Source: Escherichia phage VEc33. Taken from it: DNA of 64,000 bases. Location: the sequence record NC_048818.1; one strand, 5' to 3'. The notes under the pieces are model-generated. The model had not been told where the DNA came from, made no database searches, and saw nothing but the letters and a program-made list of their open reading frames with translations. Position numbers and translations under genes: made by a program. Of the stretch, positions 25,646 to 34,275 are shown in pieces (the stretch's first letter is position 1; each line of letters starts with the position of its first letter).

Positions 25646-26138
25646 TACTCCAATTATTTTTCTAGATATTGATGGGGTGCTCAACTCGAGCATCTCCCAT
25701 CACCATGCACCTGATGATGAAAAGATTTTCTTTGGAAGTGACTGGGTTTTTAAACCGCTTCTCAAGGCTTTTCAGGATTTTATTCGTCCTTCTCCAATAA
25801 TGATTGTTGGGGTATCTTCATGGTTCTCTGTCAGGAATGAGATGGAGAACGTTCAGATTATGACCGGATTAGATCTTATCGATCGTTTTCTTGGTACAAC
25901 GGATTTTACTGGTGGTGGATTATCTAGGGGTAATTCTGTTCTTCGCTTCGTTGAAAAGCATAAGCTCAAACATTGGTGTGTGCTGGATGATGCTGGTGCT
26001 ATGATGTATCAGTATCCAACGGTTATAGTCAATGGTAGAACTGGAATAAATCTTCAAGATTTAAGAGCTGTTAGCTATATGTTAGAATTTAGTCCAGATC
26101 TTGAAATGTGTAAAGCCCTGCAACAATTTAAGGTGTAA
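25632..26138 (+). CDS. HAD-superfamily phosphatase-like protein
   Basis: 168 aa; HAD motif I FLDIDGVLN near the N-terminus, acidic motif CVLDDAG near the C-terminus. Confidence 0.55.
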   Translation: MEISNTPIIFLDIDGVLNSSISHHHAPDDEKIFFGSDWVFKPLLKAFQDFIRPSPIMIVGVSSWFSVRNEMENVQIMTGLDLIDRFLGTTDFTGGGLSRGNSVLRFVEKHKLKHWCVLDDAGAMMYQYPTVIVNGRTGINLQDLRAVSYMLEFSPDLEMCKALQQFKV

Positions 26139-26140
26139 AT

Positions 26141-26569
26141 ATGTTCAATAATGTATTCTCTAAAGAGGCTAACCCGATATTGGTTAATTTTTGGCGTACT
26201 CTTCCAGCCAACCTGTACAATGAGGCTATTAATGCTTTGAAAATATGGTGTGAGAATAATGAAATCTCCTTTGCTTTTAAAGGTGAGATTGAAGAGGCTC
26301 CCTGTATTGGTTTAATTGTGCAGGTGGAGGATGGTCTTGAAGAGATTGTCGGCTGGAAAGAGTTGGATGAAATGGGCTTGGTTTTTGCGTTAAACTATAA
26401 GCTGTTTATGCCCAATAAACACCGTATTGTTGTTAACTATAAAACCAATGAATCTCCTGGTTTTCAAGTTAATGAACGGTATGGTTGGTCTTACTCACCA
26501 GAAGAAGTAAATGATGGTATCCAAAAACTTCGTCGTTTTGGTTATCAAATTCCGGGTTTAACCGCCTAA
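26141..26569 (+). CDS. hypothetical protein, tandem paralog A
   Basis: 142 aa; shares PCIG, ELxxMGL(V/I)xALN(Y/F)xLF and (Q/Y)(I/V)PGL motifs with 26579-26971. Confidence 0.5.
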   Translation: MFNNVFSKEANPILVNFWRTLPANLYNEAINALKIWCENNEISFAFKGEIEEAPCIGLIVQVEDGLEEIVGWKELDEMGLVFALNYKLFMPNKHRIVVNYKTNESPGFQVNERYGWSYSPEEVNDGIQKLRRFGYQIPGLTA

Positions 26570-26578
26570 GGGGGCACA

Positions 26579-26971
26579 ATGGAACAAGTATATTGGCGTC
26601 AGATCGACCCTAGTTTGGTGAAGCGTGCAGAGAAGCTGCTACAACGTTGGTTGGGGGTAAGACAAGCCTCCTTCACTTTTCCGGAGCAGCAAATAGACGA
26701 TCCCTGTATTGGTGTTTTCCTATCAGGCTACGCTAGGGAATGGGAATTGGATTGGAATGAGTTGTCTGCTATGGGTTTAATTGTTGCCCTAAATTTCTCT
26801 TTGTTCCATACACGTGGTTTGGCTATATGTCGTGTGCCTGATGACGGTTGTTCGCCCCATCTTTTACAGGTGGAAGATGATATTTGGGAGTACACTCCAG
26901 ATATTCTCAAAGAAGCTAAAGAACAATTAAATCGTGCTGGGATTTATGTTCCAGGCCTGAACGATGAATGA
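26579..26971 (+). CDS. hypothetical protein, tandem paralog B
   Basis: 130 aa; paralogous to 26141-26569. Confidence 0.5.
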   Translation: MEQVYWRQIDPSLVKRAEKLLQRWLGVRQASFTFPEQQIDDPCIGVFLSGYAREWELDWNELSAMGLIVALNFSLFHTRGLAICRVPDDGCSPHLLQVEDDIWEYTPDILKEAKEQLNRAGIYVPGLNDE

Positions 26972-26987
26972 GTTTTATTAGCTGAAC

Positions 26988-27016
26988 TCTGATTACCGAG
27001 CCATTTTGACTCGGTT
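26988..27016 (+). terminator. hairpin terminator after the paralog pair
   Basis: ACCGAG-CCATTTTGA-CTCGGT followed by TTTCTC. Confidence 0.45.
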
Positions 27017-27062
27017 TTCTCTATGTTCAAAGACACTGGTAGCAGCTCCTGGAAAAATCTAC

Positions 27063-27091
27063 TTGCAGGATGCCCAAAATCTTGATATAAT
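27063..27091 (+). promoter_or_regulatory. sigma70-type promoter followed by an unusually long (about 500 nt) leader
   Basis: TTGCAG 27063-27068, TATAAT 27086-27091, conserved TATTTATATTGAATTGAGAG downstream element but no ORF start. Confidence 0.5.
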
Positions 27092-27590
27092 ATTTATATT
27101 GAATTGAGAGACATTAGTAAAAATTGATTTTGCTAATTTTTCTTGTTTACAATCCGCGATACGGAACAGTTAGGCTGCCCCATTAAGGGTTGTTTTAACT
27201 GTTACGTGTTAGTTTTTAAACAAATAGTTAATAGAATACTTAGCGATCTGCGTCCCGTAGGAACCCTGGTAAGGCCTCGAAGCAACCTAGATAGAGGTGG
27301 TTGTGAAGTGAGACGGGAGGAGTGAAAAACTCCGAGACGTGATTCTGTAAGTTATATTGCATCTAGTATGAGCTAGTATATGAAGCATTAGGTGAGCAAA
27401 TCTGGCTTAGCGGCCATCCTCAAGGATTTGTGCGGTATAGCAAAGCAGCAGCGCAGCGTGAAAGTGGAAGTTGCCACCCCACTTCAGTATTTGCGATTAA
27501 TTTGTTGAGAAATTGACAGTAACAGTTGTTCTATTCTTTCTGAATAGTCCTAAAGAAAACTTATTTCATTTCCAACACAGGAGTATTGTT

Positions 27591-30380
27591 GTGTTTTCAA
27601 TCCTACAAGGTCATGCAGGATTTCATCGCGATTTAGCCACAGGCAATTGGCGAGAAGTTAAAGCAGAAGATTATCTTTTTGCTAAAAGATTTTCCTCAAA
27701 GCATCCTGAAGGTAAACCAGCTTCAATGCCCTTCAAGTTTGATGTAATTGACGAAGTTGATCCTCAAACCCTAGTAGAAATGCTTCCCATTATGAGACGT
27801 TTAACGTCTGACCCTCATATCGTTGCGGTACGAGGTCGATGTCTTGCACCTAAAAATAATGTGCGGCGTAAGAAGGGCAACTTTAATGTATCTAACCCAA
27901 GTCATATAATCGCAATGGATGTGGATGGTATTGTAGATACAGGTGGTTGTAACAAGTTTGATCTTGTTGGCATGGCTCGACATATTATTAGAATGTTAAA
28001 TAGTATTAGTGAGGATATGTTCCCTCTTGATGCAGGGTTTATCGCTCATGCATCATCTTCGGCTGGGCTAAAACCAGGTATCCGAATGCACTTAATACTA
28101 GAATCTAATGTTAAAGTAACTCAGGGTCAAATCAAATTCTTATTTACATCTATCAACGAAAGTAGTAGACAAAAGTATGGCTTTGATATTGCCGACCTAG
28201 CTTATTACTCTTCCGTACAGCTTCATTATTTTGCAGATCCGTTATTTATCGATGGTATAGTAGATCCGTTTAAAGCGGAGGGTGCTTCACGTCTGGTATT
28301 TGTTAAGGGTTCTAAAGTAAATTTACCCAATAATCTGGTTGACTATGAAACAACTAGAGGAGAGTTTAAAGAGGAGTTCTACTCCTTACTCGATCAAATT
28401 AAAGGTAAAAAGGCTGCCTCTGATAAAGTAGAAGAAACCATCAGCGAGTTAGAAGAAGCCGAGGATGGAGTGTATCTACGTATTATTCCTAAACTCTATC
28501 ACAGAGCTTTAGAGGATGGTGTTGATTTTGCATGGCTAGAAAAAGAAATCCGCCCAGCCTTATCAGAATATATTGCAACTAAAGATAATAGTCGTAATAT
28601 TCAAGACTACTTTAATAACGGTCGTAAACAGGCTCTGAAAGCGTTTGTTAATAATTCTAAACGCGATATACCTGATGTTTTAAAAGGTATTCCACTTAAA
28701 AAGCTAGAAACTAATTCTCTAGAAACTGATAACTTCTTGAAATTAAACACTGTACCACCAGAAGGTTATATGACTTTTGTAAAAGCAAGTCTAGGTACAG
28801 GTAAAACCACGGCAGTTGTGCGTTGGTTAGATTCAGGGGTTATTAAAGGTAATTTCTTAGCAATTACCAATACTAGAGCACTGGTATCTTCAAATGCTAA
28901 GAAATTTAGTGCAGGACAGTATGATAAGTCTGTAGATATGCTTAATTTTAAGCGTGGTGCTATTGACCGTATGTCCACAACTATTCACTCTTTGCATAAA
29001 TTCAAGAGTTTTATTGGTCAAATTGACGCAATCTTTATCGATGAATGTGATGCAGTAATGAATGACCTATTATTCGCCCCGGTTGTTAAGCAACGTCGAG
29101 AGTGTATTCAGGTTCTTCGGGATATTCTTGCAACTGCAAAAATCATTATATTATCTGATGGGGATATTAGTGCAGAAACAATTGAAGCATATGGTTCTTT
29201 GATTGAGTTTGATAAACCGGTTGCATTTTATAATCATCACCGTAAAATGCTATCAAAAGCTCATGCTTATGAGTTTCCTGATGAATCCAGTATTTGGGTT
29301 GCACTTCAGACTTCCCTGGAGATGGGTGAGAAATCTATCCTAGTATCTGACTGTGGGCCAGATGAACTGAATGAGAAGGGCATGGCGTTGCGTCGTAATA
29401 CGGGTGCGTTAGTTAAGGAAATCCATTCAAATTCTACGTCTGATGTGGATATTAGACGTATCCTGGATTACACAACTAATGAGTTAATTGACCAACAAAT
29501 TGATTGCTTATTATGTAGTCCATCCGTAACGAGTGGTGTTGACTTCAACTATTTTGATAACGTATTCGTTATTACTAGAACCTCAAACCAAGCGCCAAAC
29601 ATGCGTTTCCAAGCAATCAGGCGCGACCGTGGTGCTCAGAATATCTATTATTTTATTGATAAATCCACTAGTGGATTCTCCGCAGGTTCTGAACAATATA
29701 ATATTGATGAAGGTTGGCTGGAGTTAGCACAGCAATTATATGCACGTCGCAGAGAGCTGGAATCTAGGAACTATACTAGTACTTTACGTTATTACTTGCT
29801 TGATCAGGGTGCAACTATTGATATTTTCAGCGAAAGCTGGGGAACTATTGAAGGTGCTGGTAAAGAGTACACAGAAGAGCGAATCAAAGCTATACTGTAT
29901 TCAACTCCTGATTATTGTGCTCCACGCCATGCAGATGCGTATGAAGCTAAACTACTTCTTGTTCGCTATTATCATCTTGAGTCTATTAAAGATGTAACAG
30001 TTGAGCATGTTGAACAATATATCAAGGATAAACCTAATGATCGAGCGGCATTCTTCCATAAAATGCACGAGATGTTTTGGGAAGATATTAAGAAGTGTTC
30101 AAATGTCACTATCAAACCATTCATAGAAGCTCTGAAAGGTAAGAAGAAAGATTTCTTCCTTAAAACAGGTCAGAGTGCTAACCCAAAATATGCGAGAATG
30201 TATCTTGGTATGATGGGTATTGGTAAGGATATGAACACTGAAAATATTGTAGACTGGTACAGAACCTATTGTAAAATCGAGTGTATGCCAATCCCGTATA
30301 AGTTTATGACTGATGAGGAGAAACATATGCATGATGAAGCAATGGCAGAGCTAGGTGCTAGAAATGACAGTGAAGAATAA
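27591..30380 (+). CDS. primase-polymerase-like / P-loop NTPase fusion (putative replication initiator, origin-binding type)
   Basis: GTG 27591 after ACAGGAGT RBS; N-terminal AEP-like IIAMDVDG...AHASSSAG; Walker A ASLGTGKTT, Walker B FIDECDAV. Confidence 0.6.
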   Translation: MFSILQGHAGFHRDLATGNWREVKAEDYLFAKRFSSKHPEGKPASMPFKFDVIDEVDPQTLVEMLPIMRRLTSDPHIVAVRGRCLAPKNNVRRKKGNFNVSNPSHIIAMDVDGIVDTGGCNKFDLVGMARHIIRMLNSISEDMFPLDAGFIAHASSSAGLKPGIRMHLILESNVKVTQGQIKFLFTSINESSRQKYGFDIADLAYYSSVQLHYFADPLFIDGIVDPFKAEGASRLVFVKGSKVNLPNNLVDYETTRGEFKEEFYSLLDQIKGKKAASDKVEETISELEEAEDGVYLRIIPKLYHRALEDGVDFAWLEKEIRPALSEYIATKDNSRNIQDYFNNGRKQALKAFVNNSKRDIPDVLKGIPLKKLETNSLETDNFLKLNTVPPEGYMTFVKASLGTGKTTAVVRWLDSGVIKGNFLAITNTRALVSSNAKKFSAGQYDKSVDMLNFKRGAIDRMSTTIHSLHKFKSFIGQIDAIFIDECDAVMNDLLFAPVVKQRRECIQVLRDILATAKIIILSDGDISAETIEAYGSLIEFDKPVAFYNHHRKMLSKAHAYEFPDESSIWVALQTSLEMGEKSILVSDCGPDELNEKGMALRRNTGALVKEIHSNSTSDVDIRRILDYTTNELIDQQIDCLLCSPSVTSGVDFNYFDNVFVITRTSNQAPNMRFQAIRRDRGAQNIYYFIDKSTSGFSAGSEQYNIDEGWLELAQQLYARRRELESRNYTSTLRYYLLDQGATIDIFSESWGTIEGAGKEYTEERIKAILYSTPDYCAPRHADAYEAKLLLVRYYHLESIKDVTVEHVEQYIKDKPNDRAAFFHKMHEMFWEDIKKCSNVTIKPFIEALKGKKKDFFLKTGQSANPKYARMYLGMMGIGKDMNTENIVDWYRTYCKIECMPIPYKFMTDEEKHMHDEAMAELGARNDSEE

Positions 30381-30597
30381 AAAATGGGAAACAAGGAAGT
30401 TCCCAGTAAAAGAGCGTAAAGTTCCTGTTTACGATACTTCGGAAAAGCTATGTAGGGTGGTACCGCACAGACTAGCTGGCATCCCTAACATATCCGAGTG
30501 GTTACTTAAACAACGGAGGACTAACGTATCTCTTCGCATAGGGTTTGAATTAGATAAAGTATATGCTGAACTTTCTTCTTTGCTCAAGGAATCGTAA
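30364..30597 (+). CDS. hypothetical protein (overlaps end of upstream gene)
   Basis: 77 aa from ATG 30364; weak RBS. Confidence 0.3.
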   Translation: MTVKNKKWETRKFPVKERKVPVYDTSEKLCRVVPHRLAGIPNISEWLLKQRRTNVSLRIGFELDKVYAELSSLLKES

Positions 30598-30604
30598 AAA
30601 TTTA

Positions 30605-30633
30605 TTTGCTTTCAGGAAAATTTTTCTGTATAA
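30605..30633 (+). promoter_or_regulatory. sigma70-type early promoter
   Basis: TTGCTT 30605-30610, TATAAT 30628-30633, conserved leader ATAAATTTGAGAGAGAGGAG. Confidence 0.55.
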
Positions 30634-30667
30634 TAGATTCATAAATTTGAGAGAGAGGAGTTTAAAT

Positions 30668-31372
30668 ATGGCTGGTTCTCGCAGAAAGAAACATATCCAT
30701 GAAATCCCGGATGAAGTCTTTAAAAAAGTTATAGAGCATCTGGAGAACGGTGGTACTAAGAAAGCAGCATGTGAAATGCTTGGCGTATCATCCAACCCAA
30801 CTATGGAAAGGATGATAGAAGAGTGGCAAGATCGCCAAATTCAAGTTGCCGAGATGAAGAAAAAGAAACGTGGCACACTCATTGAAGGCATTGAGTTAGC
30901 TAACGTTATTGAGCAGTATTTATCTGGTGATTCTTTTGAAGAAATTGCCGATCGTAATTACCGCTCTGTAGCAATGGTTAAATCTGTTCTGGAACGATAT
31001 GGTGCTCTACTTCGTTTGAACGATATTGTAGATCCATTGAATCCTCCAATTATTCCTGATGATGCTGTAGCAGAAGAATTTGCAGTTGGTGAGCTTGTTT
31101 GGGTTCCTGGGTACCAGTGTATCGGTGAAATCAAAAAAGCAATGGATAACCCTGTTGGTTGTTACCGTGTATGGCTTCTATCAGAAGGCAAACAACAGAA
31201 CGTTCATTATATGAATTATGAGTTGGCTTCTGTAAAGCATTTGGAAAAGCTAGGAGTAGACGTAAAATCTCTGGGGTATAAATGGACTCGGGAAGAAGTC
31301 ATTACGTTGATTAACGAAGCTGTTAAGGCCGCCTTGAAACTTGATAAAGAAAAAGGAAAACGCCGTGAGTAG
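30668..31372 (+). CDS. putative HTH DNA-binding protein
   Basis: 234 aa from ATG 30668; N-terminal HTH-like NGGTKKAACEMLGVSSNPTMERMIEEW. Confidence 0.5.
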   Translation: MAGSRRKKHIHEIPDEVFKKVIEHLENGGTKKAACEMLGVSSNPTMERMIEEWQDRQIQVAEMKKKKRGTLIEGIELANVIEQYLSGDSFEEIADRNYRSVAMVKSVLERYGALLRLNDIVDPLNPPIIPDDAVAEEFAVGELVWVPGYQCIGEIKKAMDNPVGCYRVWLLSEGKQQNVHYMNYELASVKHLEKLGVDVKSLGYKWTREEVITLINEAVKAALKLDKEKGKRRE

Positions 31373-31616
31373 ACTAACTGATTTACTTAAAGATGGGGAA
31401 GTAAAAACACTATATCGTAGAAGCTGGGATAACGATAATAACGGCTTAGTGTTACTAACTTTAGATGCTGACTCGGATGTAGCTACTCAGCATACCTGGG
31501 TAGCCGGTAACTATCCATACAGCGAGGTTGTTTCATTAACGGTATGCGAAGCTATTGCTGATGATTGGGAGATTGCCAGCATTGATGATATGCTCGCTGT
31601 TGGCCTGGTGGAGTAA
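31365..31616 (+). CDS. hypothetical protein
   Basis: 83 aa from GTG 31365 after AAAAAGGAAAA RBS; overlaps upstream stop. Confidence 0.4.
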   Translation: MSRLTDLLKDGEVKTLYRRSWDNDNNGLVLLTLDADSDVATQHTWVAGNYPYSEVVSLTVCEAIADDWEIASIDDMLAVGLVE

Positions 31617-31633
31617 CTACTTAAAAATTTCAG

Positions 31634-31662
31634 TTGCTTAATCCTACAATTCTTGATATAAT
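31634..31662 (+). promoter_or_regulatory. sigma70-type early promoter
   Basis: TTGCTT 31634-31639, TATAAT 31657-31662. Confidence 0.55.
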
Positions 31663-31719
31663 ATTCTCATAGTTTGAAAGAACTATTCTGTTTAATTCTT
31701 AATTAAGGAAATATAAAAT

Positions 31720-32130
31720 ATGACTACTCCAACTCAGTGGACTGATGAACTGTTTGAAAAAATGTCTTCCGAATATGTTGCTCGTATGGAGCAATTCCCA
31801 GAGGATGAACGTCCGGGCGTTAGCATGGAAATTGTTAGTGAAATTGCCCAGGAAAATGGTGTAACTCCGAACGGTTTTCGTATGAAGCTGACTAAAGCAG
31901 GTTTGTATATCAAGAAAGCTGCTGGTTCTACTTCTAAATCTAGTGCATCTACTGGAGAAAAAGCTTCCGGTGGTTCTCGTACCTCCAAAGCCCAAGCTCA
32001 TGCTGATCTTCGTTCAGCGTTCTCTGATGCTGGCTTAGCACCAGATTTTCTGGATGATGCAATTATCGACAAACTGACCGGTAAAGCGGCTGCTCATCTG
32101 GCCGAAGCAATCCGAGCTATCACTAAGTAA
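31720..32130 (+). CDS. hypothetical protein
   Basis: 136 aa; RBS TTAAGGAAATA. Confidence 0.5.
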   Translation: MTTPTQWTDELFEKMSSEYVARMEQFPEDERPGVSMEIVSEIAQENGVTPNGFRMKLTKAGLYIKKAAGSTSKSSASTGEKASGGSRTSKAQAHADLRSAFSDAGLAPDFLDDAIIDKLTGKAAAHLAEAIRAITK

Positions 32131-32167
32131 TATTTAGATAAATCCACCAACAAAAGGAACTACAGTT

Positions 32168-32464
32168 ATGACCAAAGCTGAAATTATCGCACAGTGTGAA
32201 AAATTTGGTGAGTTTTATCTTCATTACGAGAAACTTCGTCAGAAAGGAACCACATACCTTCAGGGTACAATGGAATTTGATCCAGCCCAGGATAAATATC
32301 TGGCTGAGCGTATTAAACGTGAACGTATTCGTAAAGCGAAAGATGATGAAATCCTTGTCTTCTCTCGTACTAATGATAGCTTCCGTTTTATTCCTGTCGA
32401 GAAAGTTCGTCGTGTGACTAGCCTTCAATCAGAGTTAGATCGTGCTTCTCCAGTAGGCCGATAA
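32168..32464 (+). CDS. hypothetical protein
   Basis: 98 aa; followed by terminator. Confidence 0.5.
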   Translation: MTKAEIIAQCEKFGEFYLHYEKLRQKGTTYLQGTMEFDPAQDKYLAERIKRERIRKAKDDEILVFSRTNDSFRFIPVEKVRRVTSLQSELDRASPVGR

Positions 32465-32473
32465 GAAAACAAT

Positions 32474-32497
32474 TAGCCCCTATATGGGGCTTTTTGT
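32474..32497 (+). terminator. rho-independent terminator
   Basis: AGCCCC-TATAT-GGGGCT followed by TTTTTG. Confidence 0.6.
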
Positions 32498-32514
32498 GTA
32501 TTTGGGATACGTAA

Positions 32515-32823
32515 ATGAGCGAACAGGTAAATCAAAACTATGAAGGACACGTTGATGACCAGTCCATCATACTTTGGGAGAAGGAGGGAGAACAAGTAAG
32601 ATTAACAGTATCTGAATTTCGTGGGAATCTATACATGGGTATTCGTTACTGGCTTCTTGATATTAATGATGAATGGTTTCCAACGAAATCTGGCTTCTCT
32701 TTTCCTTACACCCTAGAAACAACATCACAGCTTTTCTATGCGTTTACACAGATTCTTAGCGAATCTGAGGTTTTACATGAAGTACAGAAACGAGCTGAAG
32801 AACTCAAAGCCAAGAATGCCTAG
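32515..32823 (+). CDS. hypothetical protein
   Basis: 102 aa ORF bracketed by two terminators. Confidence 0.5.
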   Translation: MSEQVNQNYEGHVDDQSIILWEKEGEQVRLTVSEFRGNLYMGIRYWLLDINDEWFPTKSGFSFPYTLETTSQLFYAFTQILSESEVLHEVQKRAEELKAKNA

Positions 32824-32840
32824 TTCTTGGCTTTTTCTTT
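32810..32840 (+). terminator. rho-independent terminator
   Basis: CCAAGAA-TGCCTAG-TTCTTGG followed by CTTTTTCTTT. Confidence 0.55.
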
Positions 32841-32849
32841 ATAAATGTA

Positions 32850-32878
32850 TTTGCTTTCAACTCAGTTTTGTTATATAA
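32850..32878 (+). promoter_or_regulatory. sigma70-type early promoter
   Basis: TTGCTT 32850-32855, TATAAT 32873-32878. Confidence 0.55.
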
Positions 32879-32908
32879 TATTTATATAAATTAATGAGAG
32901 GATTAATC

Positions 32909-33109
32909 ATGGCAATGACAGTAACACTTCCCAAGATTCAAGCAAAACTTAATCTACTTTCCACAGCACGCATTAATTATCAGGATAACATAGGCACAGT
33001 AAATCAAAAGGTGTACAAAGATGCGTTTCTGAAAGAATCTGCTGATTTGATGGATATGGTTACACAATATAATAAAGAACTCAAGATGGAAATCGCCGAT
33101 GATGAATAA
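32909..33109 (+). CDS. hypothetical small protein
   Basis: 66 aa from ATG 32909 (GAGAGG RBS); stop overlaps ligase start (ATGATGAATAA). Confidence 0.4.
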   Translation: MAMTVTLPKIQAKLNLLSTARINYQDNIGTVNQKVYKDAFLKESADLMDMVTQYNKELKMEIADDE

Positions 33110-34073
33110 TATAAAAGACTTTATTAAGCGTTGTCAAGAAGCATATTATCAAGGCATGTCTTTAATCTCTGACGAAGAATATGATCGTCTGATTAAAAGA
33201 TTTCCACTAGAAGAAGAGATCGGGCCTAAGGGTGATATTCCACACCTGTATCGTATGTATTCTTTACAGAAAGTTTATTATAATCGTGGAGATAAACCTC
33301 CGTTTAACCCATTAGGTCAGGTAGAAACTGATAAGTTAGATGGTTGTGCGATTTCTCTGCTATATATTAATGGCGATTTTGTTCAAGCACTAACTCGTGG
33401 TAGCGGTATTTTAGGAAATGATGTCACAAGCAACGTAAGATTGCTGAACATCCCCAAAAAGATTTCCCAAAAAGTACCTACTCAAATCACTGGTGAAGTT
33501 CTAATTACAAAAGAAGTAGAAAATAAACGTAACTTTGCCTCTGGTGCTATTAACCTCAAAGATAGCGATGATTTCGTACAACGTATCGGGGAAGGTGGTT
33601 TAATCTTCGTTGCATATGGTATCCAGTGTTCTGCTGAATCTGTAGGTATTACAGAAGCGTATTTAAAAGATATGCTTTGGCTGGAGAATGAGAACTTCTT
33701 AACAGTTGTTAATGTGCGTTCCTTCTTTAAATGGATTCCGACTGATGGTAAAGTTGTTCGTATTAATGACAACAACAAATTCTTCCGAGAAGGCTGGACT
33801 AATAAATTCCCTCGCGGGGCATTCGCTATTAAAGAGGATGAAGAAGGCGAGATTACAACTCTTACTAAAGTTGAATGGCAGGTAGGGGCTTCTGGTAAAG
33901 TAACTCCAGTTGGTTATTTCGAACCGGTAATTATTGATGATGCTACAATTGTTAAGGCGACTCTTAATAACGTTGATTATATTAACTCTCTTGATCTAGA
34001 GATCGGTTGCCAGATTCGAGTGATTCGTGCTGGTGGTGTAATCCCGTGCATAGTAGAGCGAGTATACGATTAA
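33099..34073 (+). CDS. ligA: NAD-dependent DNA ligase, N-terminal fragment (adenylation and OB domains)
   Basis: 324 aa; KxDG adenylation motif ETDKLDGCAISL; ends at the OB/Zn-finger junction (IRVIRAGGVIPCIVERV). Confidence 0.8.
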   Translation: MMNNIKDFIKRCQEAYYQGMSLISDEEYDRLIKRFPLEEEIGPKGDIPHLYRMYSLQKVYYNRGDKPPFNPLGQVETDKLDGCAISLLYINGDFVQALTRGSGILGNDVTSNVRLLNIPKKISQKVPTQITGEVLITKEVENKRNFASGAINLKDSDDFVQRIGEGGLIFVAYGIQCSAESVGITEAYLKDMLWLENENFLTVVNVRSFFKWIPTDGKVVRINDNNKFFREGWTNKFPRGAFAIKEDEEGEITTLTKVEWQVGASGKVTPVGYFEPVIIDDATIVKATLNNVDYINSLDLEIGCQIRVIRAGGVIPCIVERVYD

Positions 34074-34124
34074 TACATAACCCTTTGCTACCCATCTACC
34101 ATATCGGAATTATAAAGTGGTTAT

Positions 34125-34152
34125 TGACATTTTCGCCGCTTAGGTATATACT
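34125..34152 (+). promoter_or_regulatory. consensus-like sigma70 promoter inside the ligase gap
   Basis: TTGACATTTTCGCCGCTTAGGTATATACT. Confidence 0.5.
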
Positions 34153-34216
34153 ATTATCATTCAGTTGAGGGATAGAAAGTTATGGCGAGGGTAAGCAAAG
34201 TTAGTTAAAATTGTAG

Positions 34217-34245
34217 TTGCTAAATGCTTAAATACTTGCTATAAT
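34217..34245 (+). promoter_or_regulatory. sigma70-type early promoter driving the ligase C-terminal fragment
   Basis: TTGCTA 34217-34222, TATAAT 34240-34245, then TTTATATAAATTGATAAGGAAG RBS. Confidence 0.55.
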
Positions 34246-34275
34246 ATTTATATAAATTGATAAGGAAGAAATTTG

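Noticed and set aside
27143-27325. 60-aa ORF in the long leader
   Set aside because: No Shine-Dalgarno site and an implausible translation; the region is treated as non-coding leader RNA.
34074-34275. Group I intron or intein interrupting the ligase gene
   Set aside because: The gap is only about 200 bp, carries two promoters and an RBS, and the flanking ORFs have their own stop and start; split gene favoured over intron or intein.
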